Below, one piece after another: positions 48,954-62,786 of a DNA stretch of 64,000 bases. Source of the DNA: Octopus sinensis (lineage: Eukaryota). Made by a program: the position numbers and the translations under genes. Each line of letters begins with the position of its first letter. Position 1 is the first letter of the stretch. The stretch lies in NCBI RefSeq assembly GCF_006345805.1, contig NC_042999.1:12338001-12402000 (forward strand), in the 5' to 3' direction. The notes below the pieces were generated by a model. That model was not told where the DNA came from. It did not search any database and worked only from the letters and a program-made list of their open reading frames with translations.

Positions 48954-51900
48954 CATGAAGACAGGGAAAGCCCCAGGCCCATCAGGAATTACTGCAGAGA
49001 TGCTCAAAATATCTGGTAGTGTCGGCTATAGCCTAGTCACCCATATAGTTAACCAGGTTATACACGAAGGAGTCATTCCAAATGACTGGTATAGCAGCAT
49101 AATAGTCAACTGCTACAATGGTAAAGGTGACGCCCTAGATACAAATAATTACAGAGGTATCAAGCTGTTGGATCAGGTAATGAAGGTTACGGAGAGGGTC
49201 ATAGCCCAACTAATTAGAGAGAGAGTTAATCTAGATGAGATGCAGTTTGGCTTTGTGCCAGGGAAAAGTACCACTGATGCTATATTCCTGGAAAGATAGC
49301 TGCAGGAAAAATATCTAGCCAAAGATAAGCCCCTGTACCTGGCTTTCATTGACATGGAGAAAGCCTTCAACAGGGTCCCCCGATAACCTTATCTGGTGGT
49401 CAATGAGGAAACTAGGGATAGATGAATGGTTAATGAGAGCTGTGCAAGCCATGTACAGGGACGCTGCTAGTAAGGTGAGGGTTGGCAATGAGTACAGTGA
49501 AGAATTCAGGGTAGAGGTAGGGGTCCACCAAGGCTCAGTCCTCAGCCTCCTCCTATTTATCGTAGTCCTCCCGGCAATAACGGAGGAATTCAAGACAGGA
49601 TGTCCCTGGGAGTTCCTCTACACTGATGACCTTGCTCTAATTGCTGAGTCACTATCAGAACTAGAGAAGAAGTTTCAGGTGTGGAAGCAAGGATTAGAAT
49701 CGAAGGGCCTTAGAATCAACCTAGCTAAAACCAAAGTCCTAATAAGTAGGAAGGTAGACAAGTCACAAACGTCTTCAGGTAGATGGCCTTGCTCGATCTG
49801 TAGAAAAGGCGTAGGTAGAAACTCTATAAGATGCACCAAGTGTAAGCTATGGACACATAAGAGGTGCAGCAATGTCAAGGGAAGGCTAACTAGGAAGATA
49901 GTTTTTGTATGTGGCAGATGCTTAGGAGCAATAAATACTGAGAATGCGTAGAGAGCAACTTCCGCCACATTCCAGGGAGAAAAACTAGAAATAGTTGATA
50001 GCTTCCGTTACCTAGGTGACCAAGTCAGTAGTGGGGGTGGGTGTGCCGAAAGTGTAACTGCTAGAGTAAGAATAGCCTGGGCAAGGTTCAGAGAGCTCTT
50101 ACCTCTGCTAGTGACAAAAGGCCTCTCGCTCAGAGTAAAAGGCAGACTGTATGATGCATGTGTACGAACAGCCATGCTACATGGCAGTGAAACATGGGCT
50201 GTGACTGCTGAGGATATGCGTAAGCTCGCAAGAAATTAAGCCAGTATGCTCCGATGGATGTGTAATGTCAGTGTTCATACTCAACAGAGTGTAAGTACCT
50301 TGAGAGAGAAGTTGGACCTAAGAAGCATCAGTTGTGGTGTGCAAGATACGTTTGCGCTGGTATGGCCATGTGGTGAGAATGGATGAAGATAGTTGTGTGA
50401 AAAAGTGCCACACCCTAGCTGTTGAGGGAACTTGTGGAAGAGGCAGACCCAGGAAAACCTGGGATGAGGTGGTGAAGCACGACCTTCGAACTTTAGGTCT
50501 CACCGAGGAAATGACTAGAGACCGAAACCTTTGGAAGTATGCTGTGCGTGAGAAGACCCTGCAGGACAAGTGAGACCATAACCCATGGCCTCAGTCCACT
50601 TATGCATACCTTTCCTTCTTGGGACACAAAACTCTACTTGTGAAGACCTGTTGAAGCAAGTGAAAATCAAAATCAAAAATCAAAATCGATCAACAATAAT
50701 GGAAATTGTAGCTGTGATACCAGTGCCGGTGGCACATAAGAGAACCATCCGAACGTGGCCGTTGCCAGCGCCGCCCCGACTGGCTTTCGTGCCGGTGGCA
50801 CGTAAAAAGCACCATCCAATCGTGGCCGTTTGCCAGCCTCGCCTGGCACCTGTGCTGGTGGCACGTAAAAAGCACCCACTACAGTCATAAGTGGTTGGCG
50901 TTAGGAAGGGCATCCAGCCGTAGAAATATTGCCAGATCAGACTGGGCCTGGCGCACCCTTCTGGCTTCCCAGACCCCAGTTGCACCGTCCAACCCATGCC
51001 AGCATGGAAAGCGGACGCTAAATGATGATGATGATATATATATTGGATATTTACCACTTCCAAGCTTCCATTCACTATGAAACATTTGTATCCCGGATCT
51101 TATCTACTGCATTCCTTAACTCTTGTGTGTGTGTTTGTGTGGGTTTGATGATACAAACAGGAAAAATAGAACTCAAAGCATGAGGATATGTTTTGGTTTT
51201 TATTATAGATGTTTTCGATCTAGTTTGGATTCTTTTCAATCAAATTTGACTTCTTTGCAATCAAATTGGAATTTTTCAGTTGGTGCTCAAGCCTTGAAAA
51301 AGAAAGAGAGTTAAACTACATCAGCCGTAAGGGAATGCATGTCTGTCTTATCTGACTCGTCCAGTAGAGCCCACCAATTGATATCTGAAAAGTTCGATGA
51401 AATAACTCATGAACACTGCCATAGCTTCTACCAAGAGGCTCTGTTACGTCGACCGGTCTGAACAAGGGGAGATAATAAACGAATGATTCTTTTTCTATTG
51501 CTTTATTAATAAAAAAACATATAAAGTGTTTTGTTGCTCCACTTTGACAGCATTTGATGTTTGTGGCTAATTTGTGGACCTCTCTTTAACATTTAACTTG
51601 TAAAACCTTTCTTTTATTTCTCTTCAGATGAAACTTGGCTTCAAAATGTCTATATGAACTTCCCGGCCATTCAAAGACGTGCTAACACTCTTGGTACACG
51701 TCGTTCTGTGAAGAAACAATGGCAGGTAACAAAAAAGAAACAAAAATAAATAAACTTTCCTTTGTTATCTTTGTTCCTGTATAATAAATGACTAAGCTCA
51801 CCTGTCACTTCTTGAGTACCAATAAATCAGATTGCTGTCTAAACGAGTTACTATTTAGATAAATAATTATTCAGTGCGGGGGGGGGGGGGGGGCGGAGAT

Positions 51901-54900
51901 CTAAGAAAATCATTTCTTTTTTTTACTGAAAACCTTTACTGCTTATATCATATAAGTCACATTTTTTCAAAGAAATGACTCAAAAATACCCCAGGCCCTA
52001 AATACAAAGTTGGGCCTTCCACAAGCTTTATCATTCAGACTATTCTGTCGAAATAATGTGTTTATTTATTCACATTGTTTTGAATTAATCATGCCTTATC
52101 TTGTAGCTTTGAAATTTTGATGATGTGGTTGTTTATCTTTAGAATGACCTTGTCGAGTAGGTGTAAAAGGTCAGATCTGGTCAGTTTCAACAAAACACTG
52201 GATATTTAGGCTGAATATGGCCGTTTGAAATGCGAAAGGGCCAATGCACCAAAACCTTTTCTCCTGAATACACACTGCTAAAATTGGGTCCTGTCTAATA
52301 TGCCTTTGTGTCTTTTATTCCATCAAATACAGTAATATGTACTTTAGAAGTTTAGAATTTTCCTATGAAGTTCAATAAGAAGCCTCCTTTTAGACATTAC
52401 GGTAACTCAGATGGCTGTTGGAATGATTTGTGTTGAATGTTATGAATTGTTAGTTTGAACATCTTCAGGTGTTAAAATATCTTTTGGGTCATTTTATCGT
52501 TTATGATATTATACTCATTTTATAAAATGTAAAGTAAAGCTAATTTATGGGGTTGAGGGATAAATCCAATAATTTTTTTACCATTTATTTTAAACCTTAC
52601 TCATCCAGTGAAGATGACAGGTGAAAGTATCATGAGAGCATCCCATCTGCTGGGCTAATTCCCTGCTGGATTCGCACAAATCCTTATGGACGAACTTGTT
52701 CAATTAATTCTCATTGAACTGAATAGGTTGGCCAGAATACAGAAAATCTGTGAAGTTGAATTTTCCCTCTTTGAAGCATTTCAATTCTTTAAAAGTGTCT
52801 TCTCTGTACACAGAACAAATGTCTCAACTGGCTTTGGCAGTTTGATTGAAAGATGGCCTTAGGTCTGAAAAGTGGTCAAATTCAGATTTCAAAAATGATT
52901 AACATAAGTTGTGGAGGAGGAACAGGGTTACAAAAAAAACCACATAAAAAACTACAATAAGAATATTTTTGGTGTTAATTCGAATAACATTGGAAAGAAG
53001 TGAATAAATTTTCCTTGACAACCTCATAAATTGAAATAGTGTAAAAGTGTATAAATTTTACAATCTGAATATTCTTCTCTTTACTTTCAAAGACCTGTGA
53101 AATTCGGTTAATTAAATCTTGCGATAAAAATAGTTGTGTCAAGTGGTGCTGCTAGTTACTAAGATTTTGGATTCCTTTAGATTCTTAAAGCTTAGTCTTC
53201 ACTCGATATCAACATGTTAAGTACAACTAATTGTAAAATAGGAAAAATATTTTCACACTTACCAAACTGAACCTCAAATAACCTCTGTCACCTATTTTCT
53301 TTTTCTTTTTTACTTATATCCCAGCATCCTTCATTCATTGATGCTCATCACTTCTCCAATTACCTGTTATTGTCTCTCACCTTCTTGTTCTTTAATTAAC
53401 AAATCATACTCGACTTACACCTTCTGAATTGATGCTATTCCCCTCCACTTAGTGCTTGTTTTTCTCTTTTATTCACAATCACAACTTGTCTGCAGCTTTC
53501 GCGTGGTTTGCTTTTTGTTTGTGGAAAGAAGCTTTTTGCCAAAATTAAGAACCAAGTTATTATCATAAAGAATTCACTTACATGGTTCAACATTGAATTC
53601 TTGTGGGATGAACTCAAAGAAAAGACTATCCTCAAGAGAAGAACACTCTCTCTAGCCATTTTCTTTTCATTCTCATTTATCATTACAATTAATTGACATT
53701 TGTTCTTGTCTTTTGTGTGGTAAGAATTTCCTCTCTGTGACTTTCAGGCTGCCTGGTTGCTCAGAGCTGTAACCTGTATAGATTTGACCACTTTGTCTGG
53801 TGATGACACTTATTCCAATGTTGACAGACTTTGTTTTAAAGCAAAACACCCAATCCAAACTACTTTACTCAAAAGCCTTGAAATGCTTGACAAAGGTGGG
53901 TTCACATAGTTTTTCAGTTTTACACCTGTTTTTTCCATGAATTATAGACATTTACATCATTCCCATCATTGTTAAATGTCCACTTTTTCATGATTGCATG
54001 GGTCAGATGACGAGATTTTCTGTGGCTGAATGTTTTTCATGTTGTTAACCCTCACCCGTTTCCCAGTAAGGTAATATTTCTCTATGGTCAAATTGCTGGA
54101 TCAGGTGATGATCCAACTAATTAGGGAGAGAGTTCACTTAGATGAGATGCAGTTCAGTTTTGTGCCAGGTAGAAGCACCACTGATGCTATATTTCTGGTA
54201 CGGCTACTTCAGGAGAAATACCTAGCCAAAGATAAACCCCTATATTTGGCTTTTATGGACTTGGAGAAAGCCTTTGACAGAGTCCCCCGATCCTTTATCT
54301 GGTGGGCAATGCAGAAACTGGGGATTGACAAATGGATAATAAGGGCTGTACAGGCCCTGTACAGAGATGCCATCATTAGGGTTGGGATTGGAAATGAGTA
54401 TAGTGAAGAATTCCAGGTAGATGTAGGGGTTCACCAAGAATCAGCCCTCAGTCCCCTCTTATTCATCTGGAGGACGATGCAGAAACTAGGGATTGACGAG
54501 TGGTTAATAACAGGGATGCTATTAGTATGGTAAGGGTCGGCAATGAGTATAGTGAAGAATTCCAGGTAGAAATAGGGATTCACCAAGGATCAGCCCCCTC
54601 TTATTTCATCATAGTCCTCCAGGCAATAACAAAGGAATTCAAGACAGGTTACCCCTGGGAACTCCTCTGTGCTGATGATCTGGTCCTCATAGCAGAATCA
54701 CTACCAGAACTAGAGAAGAAACTTGAAGTTTGGAATCAAGGTTTAGAATTGACGGGCCTTTGAGTCAATGTTGCAAAGACCAAAGTTCTAGTAAGTAGGA
54801 AGGCGAACACATCACACACCCCTTCAGGTAGGTGGCTCTGCTCAATCTGTAGAAAAGGTATAGGTAGAAGTTCCATAAGATGTACCCCGTGTAAGCTATG

Positions 54901-57900
54901 GAATCATAAGAGCTGCAACAACATCAAAGAAAGATTAACCAGAAAGATAGCTTTCACGTGCAGCAGATGCACAGGAGCAATAAACACCACAGATGCTCAG
55001 AAAACAGAAGTAGTTCATAGCTTCCGCTACCTAGGTGACCAAGTCTTTAGTGGGAGGTGGATGTTCAGAGAGTGTTACCACTAGAATAAGAATAGCCTGG
55101 GCAAAGTTCAGAAAGCTTCTACCCCTACTGGTGACAAAGGGCCTCTCACTCAAAGTAAAAGGTAGATTGTAGGTTACCAAATAACTTGCAAGACTAAAAG
55201 AGCCATCTCAAATGACAGAGGCAAATGGTTTTATGTTATGTGTTAAGAGGTTACAATTCTGATAGCAGGACAGGCATGGGTTTGTTGTAGAGGAAATTCT
55301 TGACTGTTTTGTGTTGTATAAGAGTGGGTGGGAGTAAGTGAGAGATAAAGATGATGATGACAAAATGTTGGAGTGTAGTGTCAAGGTAGCAGAAGGGGAA
55401 TAGAAGAGAGTGGGGAGAGAGGATCAAGACAGAACTTAGAGGTTAGGGGTTGCAAGGGTGTTTGTGGAGAGTAAAGATGATTACAATGTATTTATATTAG
55501 ATCTGTTTTTCAGTTGTATGTGGATTCTTTTCTTGCAGATATTAGAACGGCTGCTGTTTGTGTTTATCCCAACCGAGTGGCTGACTGCATCAAAGCGCTA
55601 AAGAAAGCAAATGCTTCCAACATTCCAGTCGCATCTGGTAAGTCAATGTATTTCTATAGAATTTTCAGGTATCTATCTAGTTTCTTCATTGGCCTTACTC
55701 TAATAAGTGTGTATCATAATAATAATAATGATAATCATGATAACAATAATAAATAACCCTAAATAACACGACAACACAGTTTTCAATCATTAAAAGATTC
55801 TGTTGAAAGTTTGCTTTTATTATTCCATTTTCAAAGAATTAAATGATCCTTTTTCTATAATTCACTTAGTGGCCACTGGATTTCCAACAGGACAATGTGG
55901 CCTTCAAAGCCGGCTGCAAGAAATCAAGCAGGCTGTTACTGCTGGTGCCACTGAGATTGACATTGTCATCAATCGACAACTGGCTCTTACTGGTGACTGG
56001 AAAGGTGAGTGATCTGTTAAGAAAACAGCAACGGTTTCAGTTTACTTTCTGATAGAATATTTATTTGTGATGTACCATGGCTGTGTGGTTAAGGAGTTTG
56101 CTTCCCAACCCCATGGCTTTGGGTTCAGTCCTACAGTGTGGCAGCACCTTGGGCATGTGTCATCTGCAATAGCTTTGAGACAATGAAGACCTTGTGAGTG
56201 AATTTGGTGGATGGAAGCTGAAAAAAACCTTTTGTTTGCATATGTGTGTCTGGTAATTCCTGTGGGACAGCTTGCTGAGTGCCACAGACCCAATCTGTGG
56301 TTGGTGCAAAGTCCTTTCCAGATGTAGGGTAATGTGGTGGTGGAACAATACCATAGACAGGGCCATTAGAGTAAAGAAACAGGCCTGGAATGCCTGGATG
56401 AGTTGGGGCAGCAGGGAACTGTATCACATAACCAGAAGGGAAGCTAGGAGAAAAGTATATCTAACCAAGGGAGAAGCAGAAAAGAAGAAGTTCAGTGACG
56501 TGAGGACCAAAGAACTGAAGTATTTCGGATTGCAAGACAGCGTGTGAGAGAAAATTGTGATGTCATAGGAGAGAAATGGGTCCACATGGATGATGGTGCA
56601 CTTGCATTTCATGGTTCTGCAAAGAAAGAGGCTTGGAGATGCCATTAGGAAAGACTACTGTTATGGTTTATAATATAAAAATAATAATAATAATTATAAT
56701 GATGAAATTATTGTATACAGTGCTCAGGTGCACCACAACTTGTCAGAAAGTGCGTATAAAGTATATGCAGTAATTTACAAATGTCTGGAAAGCAAACAAT
56801 GTATGAATCAGATAGATGCTTGTGTGTGTATGGAGGGGAGGAAATCAGGTGTAGTGTTGGCGAATCTCAGGAAGCATGGAAGTTTTGAAGGATGCAGTGC
56901 TCTGACAACTAACAACTGATGCCGGCAGTTTGTTCCTTGCTTCAGCAACTCTAAGCGTGAAAAGATGCTTCCGAAAGTCATGGGAGCTGTGCTGTTTTCT
57001 GACTTTGTAAACATGTCCACAGGTGTTAGACAGGTGGAGTTTGAAAAGGTTCTCAGAGTTATTGTTTGTACGATGGTTAATAATTTTATGGGTGTCTGCC
57101 AAGTCAGCTGCCAAACATCAGAGTTTCAATGTGTCCATGCCCAGGGAAGTAAGGCGTTCAGAATATGGCAAATGCCTGATGGAGAGTATTCTCTTGGTTG
57201 CACATTGCTGAACGGCTTCCAGATGATTAATATCCTGGGCAAGATGGGGGTTCCAGACTGGTGATGCAAATTCCAGGTGAGGTCGTACCATAGCTATATA
57301 AAGCCGGAGAGTGGCTCACAAAGGATTTGGTGAGTGATGCCAAGACACCCTCAGCCTTCTTGGTAATTTTAACGATGTGTTTTGTCCAACGCAAATCACT
57401 GTTGACAATAATGCCCAGGTCGCATTCACATGAAGACTTTTTGAGATTAGGGTTGTGGAGGGAGTAGGTGGACACTGGGTTTCTCCTCCCAAAATGCATG
57501 GTGGTACATTTGTCCACAGCCAGCTTGAGTTGCCAGTCCATGATCCACTGCTGCATTGTGTCCAGGTCTGATTGCAATAGAGATCTATAGTGTACAGGAT
57601 CTGACCTCTTTATTTCGAGGTACAGCTTTATGTCATCTGTATATTTCAGCTCTGTGGCATTTTTAAGTTGGCATCTATGTCATTAACATATGCAACAAAT
57701 AAAAGGGTGCCAAGAACAGATCCCTAGTCACCCGTATTGTAGATTAGATAGTCCACTGCTACAAAGGTAAAGGTGATGCTTTAAATTGAAATAATTACAG
57801 AAGTATCAAATTGTTGGATCAGGTGATGAAAGTTGTAGAGAGAGTTATAGCCCAGCTAATTAGGGAGAGAGTTAGCCTAGATGAGATGCTGTTTGGGTTT

Positions 57901-60900
57901 GTGCCAGGGAGAAGCACTGCTGATGCTATATTTCTGGTAAGGCAACTGCAGGAGAAATACCTAGCCAAAGATAAGCCTCTGTACTTGGCTTTTGTTGACT
58001 TGGAGAAAGCTTTTGAGAGAGTACCCCGATCCCTTATCTGGTGGTCAATGTGGAAACTAAGGATAGACAAGCAGTTGGTGAGAGCTATACAAACCTTGTA
58101 CAGGGATGCTACCAGTAAGTTGAGGGTGGGCAACGAGTACAGCGAAGAATTCAAGGTACAAGTAGGGGTTCATCAAGGAATGATGCTCAATTTCCTCTTG
58201 TTTATCAAAGTCCACCATACAATAACAGAGGAATTCAAGACGGGATGCTTCTGGGAGCTCCTCTATGCTGATGACATTGCTCTTATAGCTGAATCACTAC
58301 CTGAGCTAGAGAAGAAGTTCCAGGTATGAAAGGGCCTTAGAGTTAACATAGCAAAAACCAAAGTCATAGTAAGTAGGAAGGCAGACAAATCACAAATCCC
58401 CTCAGGTAGATGGTCCTGCTTGATCTGTAGAAAAGGTGTAGGTAGAAACTCCATGAGATGCATCCAGTGTGAGCTTTGGACATACAAAAGGTGCAGCAAT
58501 ATTAAAGGAAGATTAACAAAGAAACTAACCTTTGTATGTGGAAGGTGCACGGGCATCATAAATGCTGGACATGTGCAGAAAATAGACTCCATTAACTGCC
58601 AGTGGGACAAGCTAGAGGTTGTAGACAGCTTCTGGTATCTAGGTGATCAGATTAGTAGTGGAGGTGGTTGTTCTGAGAGTATAGCTGTGAGAATAAGATT
58701 AGGCCGGGCAAAGTTTAGAGAGCTCCTACCCCTTCTGGCAACAAAGGGCTTCTCCCTCAGAGTGAATGGCAGATTGTTTGATGCCTGTGTGCAAACAGCT
58801 ATGCTGCATGGCAGTGAAACATGGGCTATAACAGCCAAGGATATGTGTAAGCATGAAAGAAATGAATCCAGTATGCTTCACTAGAAGTGCATGTTCGATG
58901 TGCAATGTCATTGTGCATTTTCTCTTGAGAGAAAAGTTAGGCATAAGAGATATCAGATGTGGTGGGCAAGAGAGACAACTGCGCTGGTATGGTCATGTGA
59001 TGCATATGGAGAAGTATAGTTGTGTAAAGAAGTTTCGATCTCTAACTGTGGAGAGGTAAACCCAGGAAGACATGGGACGAGGTGGGGAAGCATGACCTTC
59101 AAGCTTTGAACCTCACAGAGGTAATGACTAGTGACTGAGACCTTAAGAGGACCTGTCAAGCCAAGTGCACCTGTGCTGGTGGCACATAAAAAAATCAACC
59201 TTTGAATGTTGGGCCTGACAGGCAAAGTGACTGAGTTCCTTTGAAATATTGGGCCTGACAGAGGCAAAGTGACTGAGTTCCTTTGAAATATTGGGCCTGA
59301 CAGAGGCAAAGTGACTGAGTTCCTTTGAAATATTTGGCCTGACAGAGGCAAAGTGACTGAGTTCCTTTGAAATATTGGGCCTGACAGAGGCAAAGTGACT
59401 GAGTTCCTTTGAAATGTTGGGCCTGACAGAGGCAAAGTGACTGAGTTCCTTTGAAATATTGGGCCTGACAGAGGCAAAGTGACTGAGTTCCTTTGAAATG
59501 TTGGGCCTGACAGAGGCAAAGTGACTGAGTTCCTTTGAAATATTGGGCCTGACAGAGGCAAAGTGACTGAGTTCCTTTGAAATATTGGCCTGACAGAGGC
59601 AAAGTGACTGAGTTCCTTTGAATATTGGGCCTGACAGAGGCAAAGTGACTGAGTTCCTTTGAAATGTTGGGCCTGACAGAGGCAAAGTGACTGAGTTCCT
59701 TTGAAATGTTGGGCCTGGCAGAGGCAAAGTGACTGAGTTCCTTTGAAATGTTGGGCCTGACAGAGGCAAAGTGACTGAGTTCCTTTGAAATATTGGGCCT
59801 GACAGAGGCAAAGTGACTGAGTTCCTTTGAAATATTGGGCCTGACAGAGGCAAAGTGACTGAGTTCCTTTGAAATGTTGGGCCTGACAGAGGCAAAGTGA
59901 CTGAGTTCCTTTCAAGTGTTGGGCTTCACAGGAGTGAGGTGGCTGAGTTCCTTACGAGCAGGCTTCACAGAGGCAAGGTGTCTAAGTTCCTTTCAAGTGT
60001 TGGGTCTCACAGAGGCAATGACCAAGACCTTTGGCATTGTGTCATGCTTGAGAAGACCCATCAAGCCGAGCAAAATTGCAGTCATAGCAGATACTGGTGT
60101 CACGTGAATGGTATCCTTGCTAGTGGCACGTAAAAGCACCTATTACACTCTTGGAGTGGTTGGCATTAGGAAAGGCATTCAGCTGTAGAAACTCTGCCAG
60201 ATCAAGACTGGAGCCTGGTGCATCCTTCCAGCATGCCAGCCTAGTCAAACTGTTCAACCCATGCCAGCATGGACAACGGACATTCATTGATGATGATATA
60301 TATAAACAAACTAAAGTATTTAGCATTTAAATTCGGCAGTGAATTTATCAGTGGGTAGTTTAGCTTAATGGTAAATCACTCAGCTGGAGTCTTTGGTTGA
60401 TATGGGTTCAAGTCCCATGGCTGGTTGTTGACAAATTTTTCCATCTTATAAAGGTAATTTACTCAATATTCCTGCTGTTCTAATGATGTTTCTGTTTCAA
60501 AAATAATTATCATCTTATCTGTATATCTATATGATTCCCCCCCCCACCCGGTGCCAGTGGCATGTAAAAAAGCACCATCTGAATGTGGTCAATGCCAGCT
60601 TCACTGCCCCAACTGGCTCCTGTGCCGGTACCACATAAAAACCACCATCCAAACATGGCTGATGCCAGTGCTGCCTGACTGGCTCCCATGGTGGTGGCAC
60701 GTAAAAAGCACCCACTACACTTTCAAAGTGGTTGGCATTAGGAAGGGCATCGAGCTGTAGAAACTTTGCCAAATCAGATTGGAGCCTGGTGCAGCCTCTT
60801 GGCTTGCCAGTCTCCAGTCAAACCATCCAACCCATGCCAGCATGGAAAATGGACATTAAACGGTGATGATGATGATGATAGAGAGAATATGATGGGTTTA

Positions 60901-61712
60901 GTTCACTGGTGATCGAAATGAATAGGTAAGTGCTATGATTGGTCATCTGTTACATTCCAAGTTCACAACTAAGGCGGGAACTAGGGATCCCTAGTAGGCT
61001 TCCAAGTTAGCCGGTATATATTAAAGGAGAAAAAAAAGACAACAAAGAATAGGACAGGCATCTCAGGACATTTAGAATATTTAATTAGAGTAAGGTGAAT
61101 TAGAAGTAATTAACGTCTTACAGCTTTTTCTGGCTTATCCCAGGTGATGGGTCAGTATCTCCAATACACTGGGTATTCCATGATCAGAGACAAGGTGTGT
61201 ATGTAGGAAAGTTCCTACATTGTAGGCTTTTCCCACTTTGAAGTTTGATAAGCTGAAAAAAGCTTTTTTATAGTTCAGTTTGCAACGAAGGTTGCTGGGA
61301 ATGCAAATAAAAGTTTTTTTCTAAATTATATCTTTGATGAGTTGAGATTCTTTAATGACACTGTAACCTTCATGTAACTAAGGTGTCTTCAGCCTGGTGA
61401 GTAGTGAGTGGGGTACCCCTCGTTGAGTAATTATTACTAATTGCAAAAACAGACATAATTATTAATTGATTAATCTCGATTTTCTTATTTTTCTTGAATA
61501 ATTATAAACCTCTGTTTATCTAATTACTGATTATTTATGAGTATTGAAATTAATATTCAAAACAAAACCAGTAAGTTCATTAAGGGATATTATCATCCCT
61601 TAATGAGGCCTATTTAACCTCTGATTGAACTTTTTTATCATCATCATCACACATCTGTTTTCCATGCTGGCATGGGTTGGACAGTTTGATTGGGGACTGG
61701 CAAACCAGAAGG

Positions 61713-61744
<32 letters not shown>

Positions 61745-62222
61745 AATGTGAAGGCACATGGCCTAGTTGCTAGGCTGTTGCACTCACAATCACTAGATTG
61801 TGGGTTTGATTCTCTGACTGGGCAGTACAATGTATTCTTGAGCAAAACACTTCATTTCACATTACTGCAGACCCCCTTCAATCTGGGTGGGATTGTTGGC
61901 CTGCTCACCTAGCCAGCAGGATGGTGTCATTTGAGGGTTAAAACAATGCAAAAGCACACTGTGACCAGTGACGTCTAATAACATCTGAGCCTGGTTGGTC
62001 CCGTGAAGAGCACATGCCAAGTGCTGGAGCCCTTCTTGAAACTGTGCTGAAAGCTGACAATGGCTGCTTTGAGTAACCTTAGTTCCCAGTCATAATCTAA
62101 TTTGGTGTTTTTTGACTTTTTAAAATACTTTTATTTTTGAAGGGGATTTTGTATTTTCTTTTCCTTTTATGCAACCTGTCAAATTCATCCCAAACACCAT
62201 GTGTGAGTGCGTGTGTGTGTGA

Positions 62223-62262
<40 letters not shown>

Positions 62263-62749
62263 TGTGTGTGTAATGTGAAGGCACATGGCCTAGTTGCTAG
62301 GCTGTTGCACTCACAATCACTAGATTGTGGGTTTGATTCTCTGACTGGGCAGTACAATGTATTCTTGAGCAAAACACTTCATTTCACATTACTGCAGACC
62401 CCCTTCAATCTGGGTGGGATTGTTGGCCTGCTCACCTAGCCAGCAGGATGGTGTCATTTGAGGGTTAAAACAATGCAAAAGCACACTGTGACCAGTGACG
62501 TCTAATAACATCTGAGCCTGGTTGGTCCCGTGAAGAGCACATGCCAAGTGCTGGAGCCCTTCTTGAAACTGTGCTGAAAGCTGACAATGGCTGCTTTGAG
62601 TAACCTTAGTTCCCAGTCATAATCTAATTTGGTGTTTTTTGACTTTTTAAAATACTTTTATTTTTGAAGGGGATTTTGTATTTTCTTTTCCTTTTATGCA
62701 ACCTGTCAAATTCATCCCAAACACCATGTGTGAGTGCGTGTGTGTGTGA

Positions 62750-62786
<37 letters not shown>

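Noticed and set aside
58953-59915. 320/250/135-aa minus-strand ORFs with 14-aa repeats
   Set aside because: Translation of a 42-bp minisatellite in an RTE 3'UTR; frames shift where units lose a base.
59211-59920. CRISPR-like array
   Set aside because: Head-to-tail repeats with no unique spacers, in eukaryotic context.
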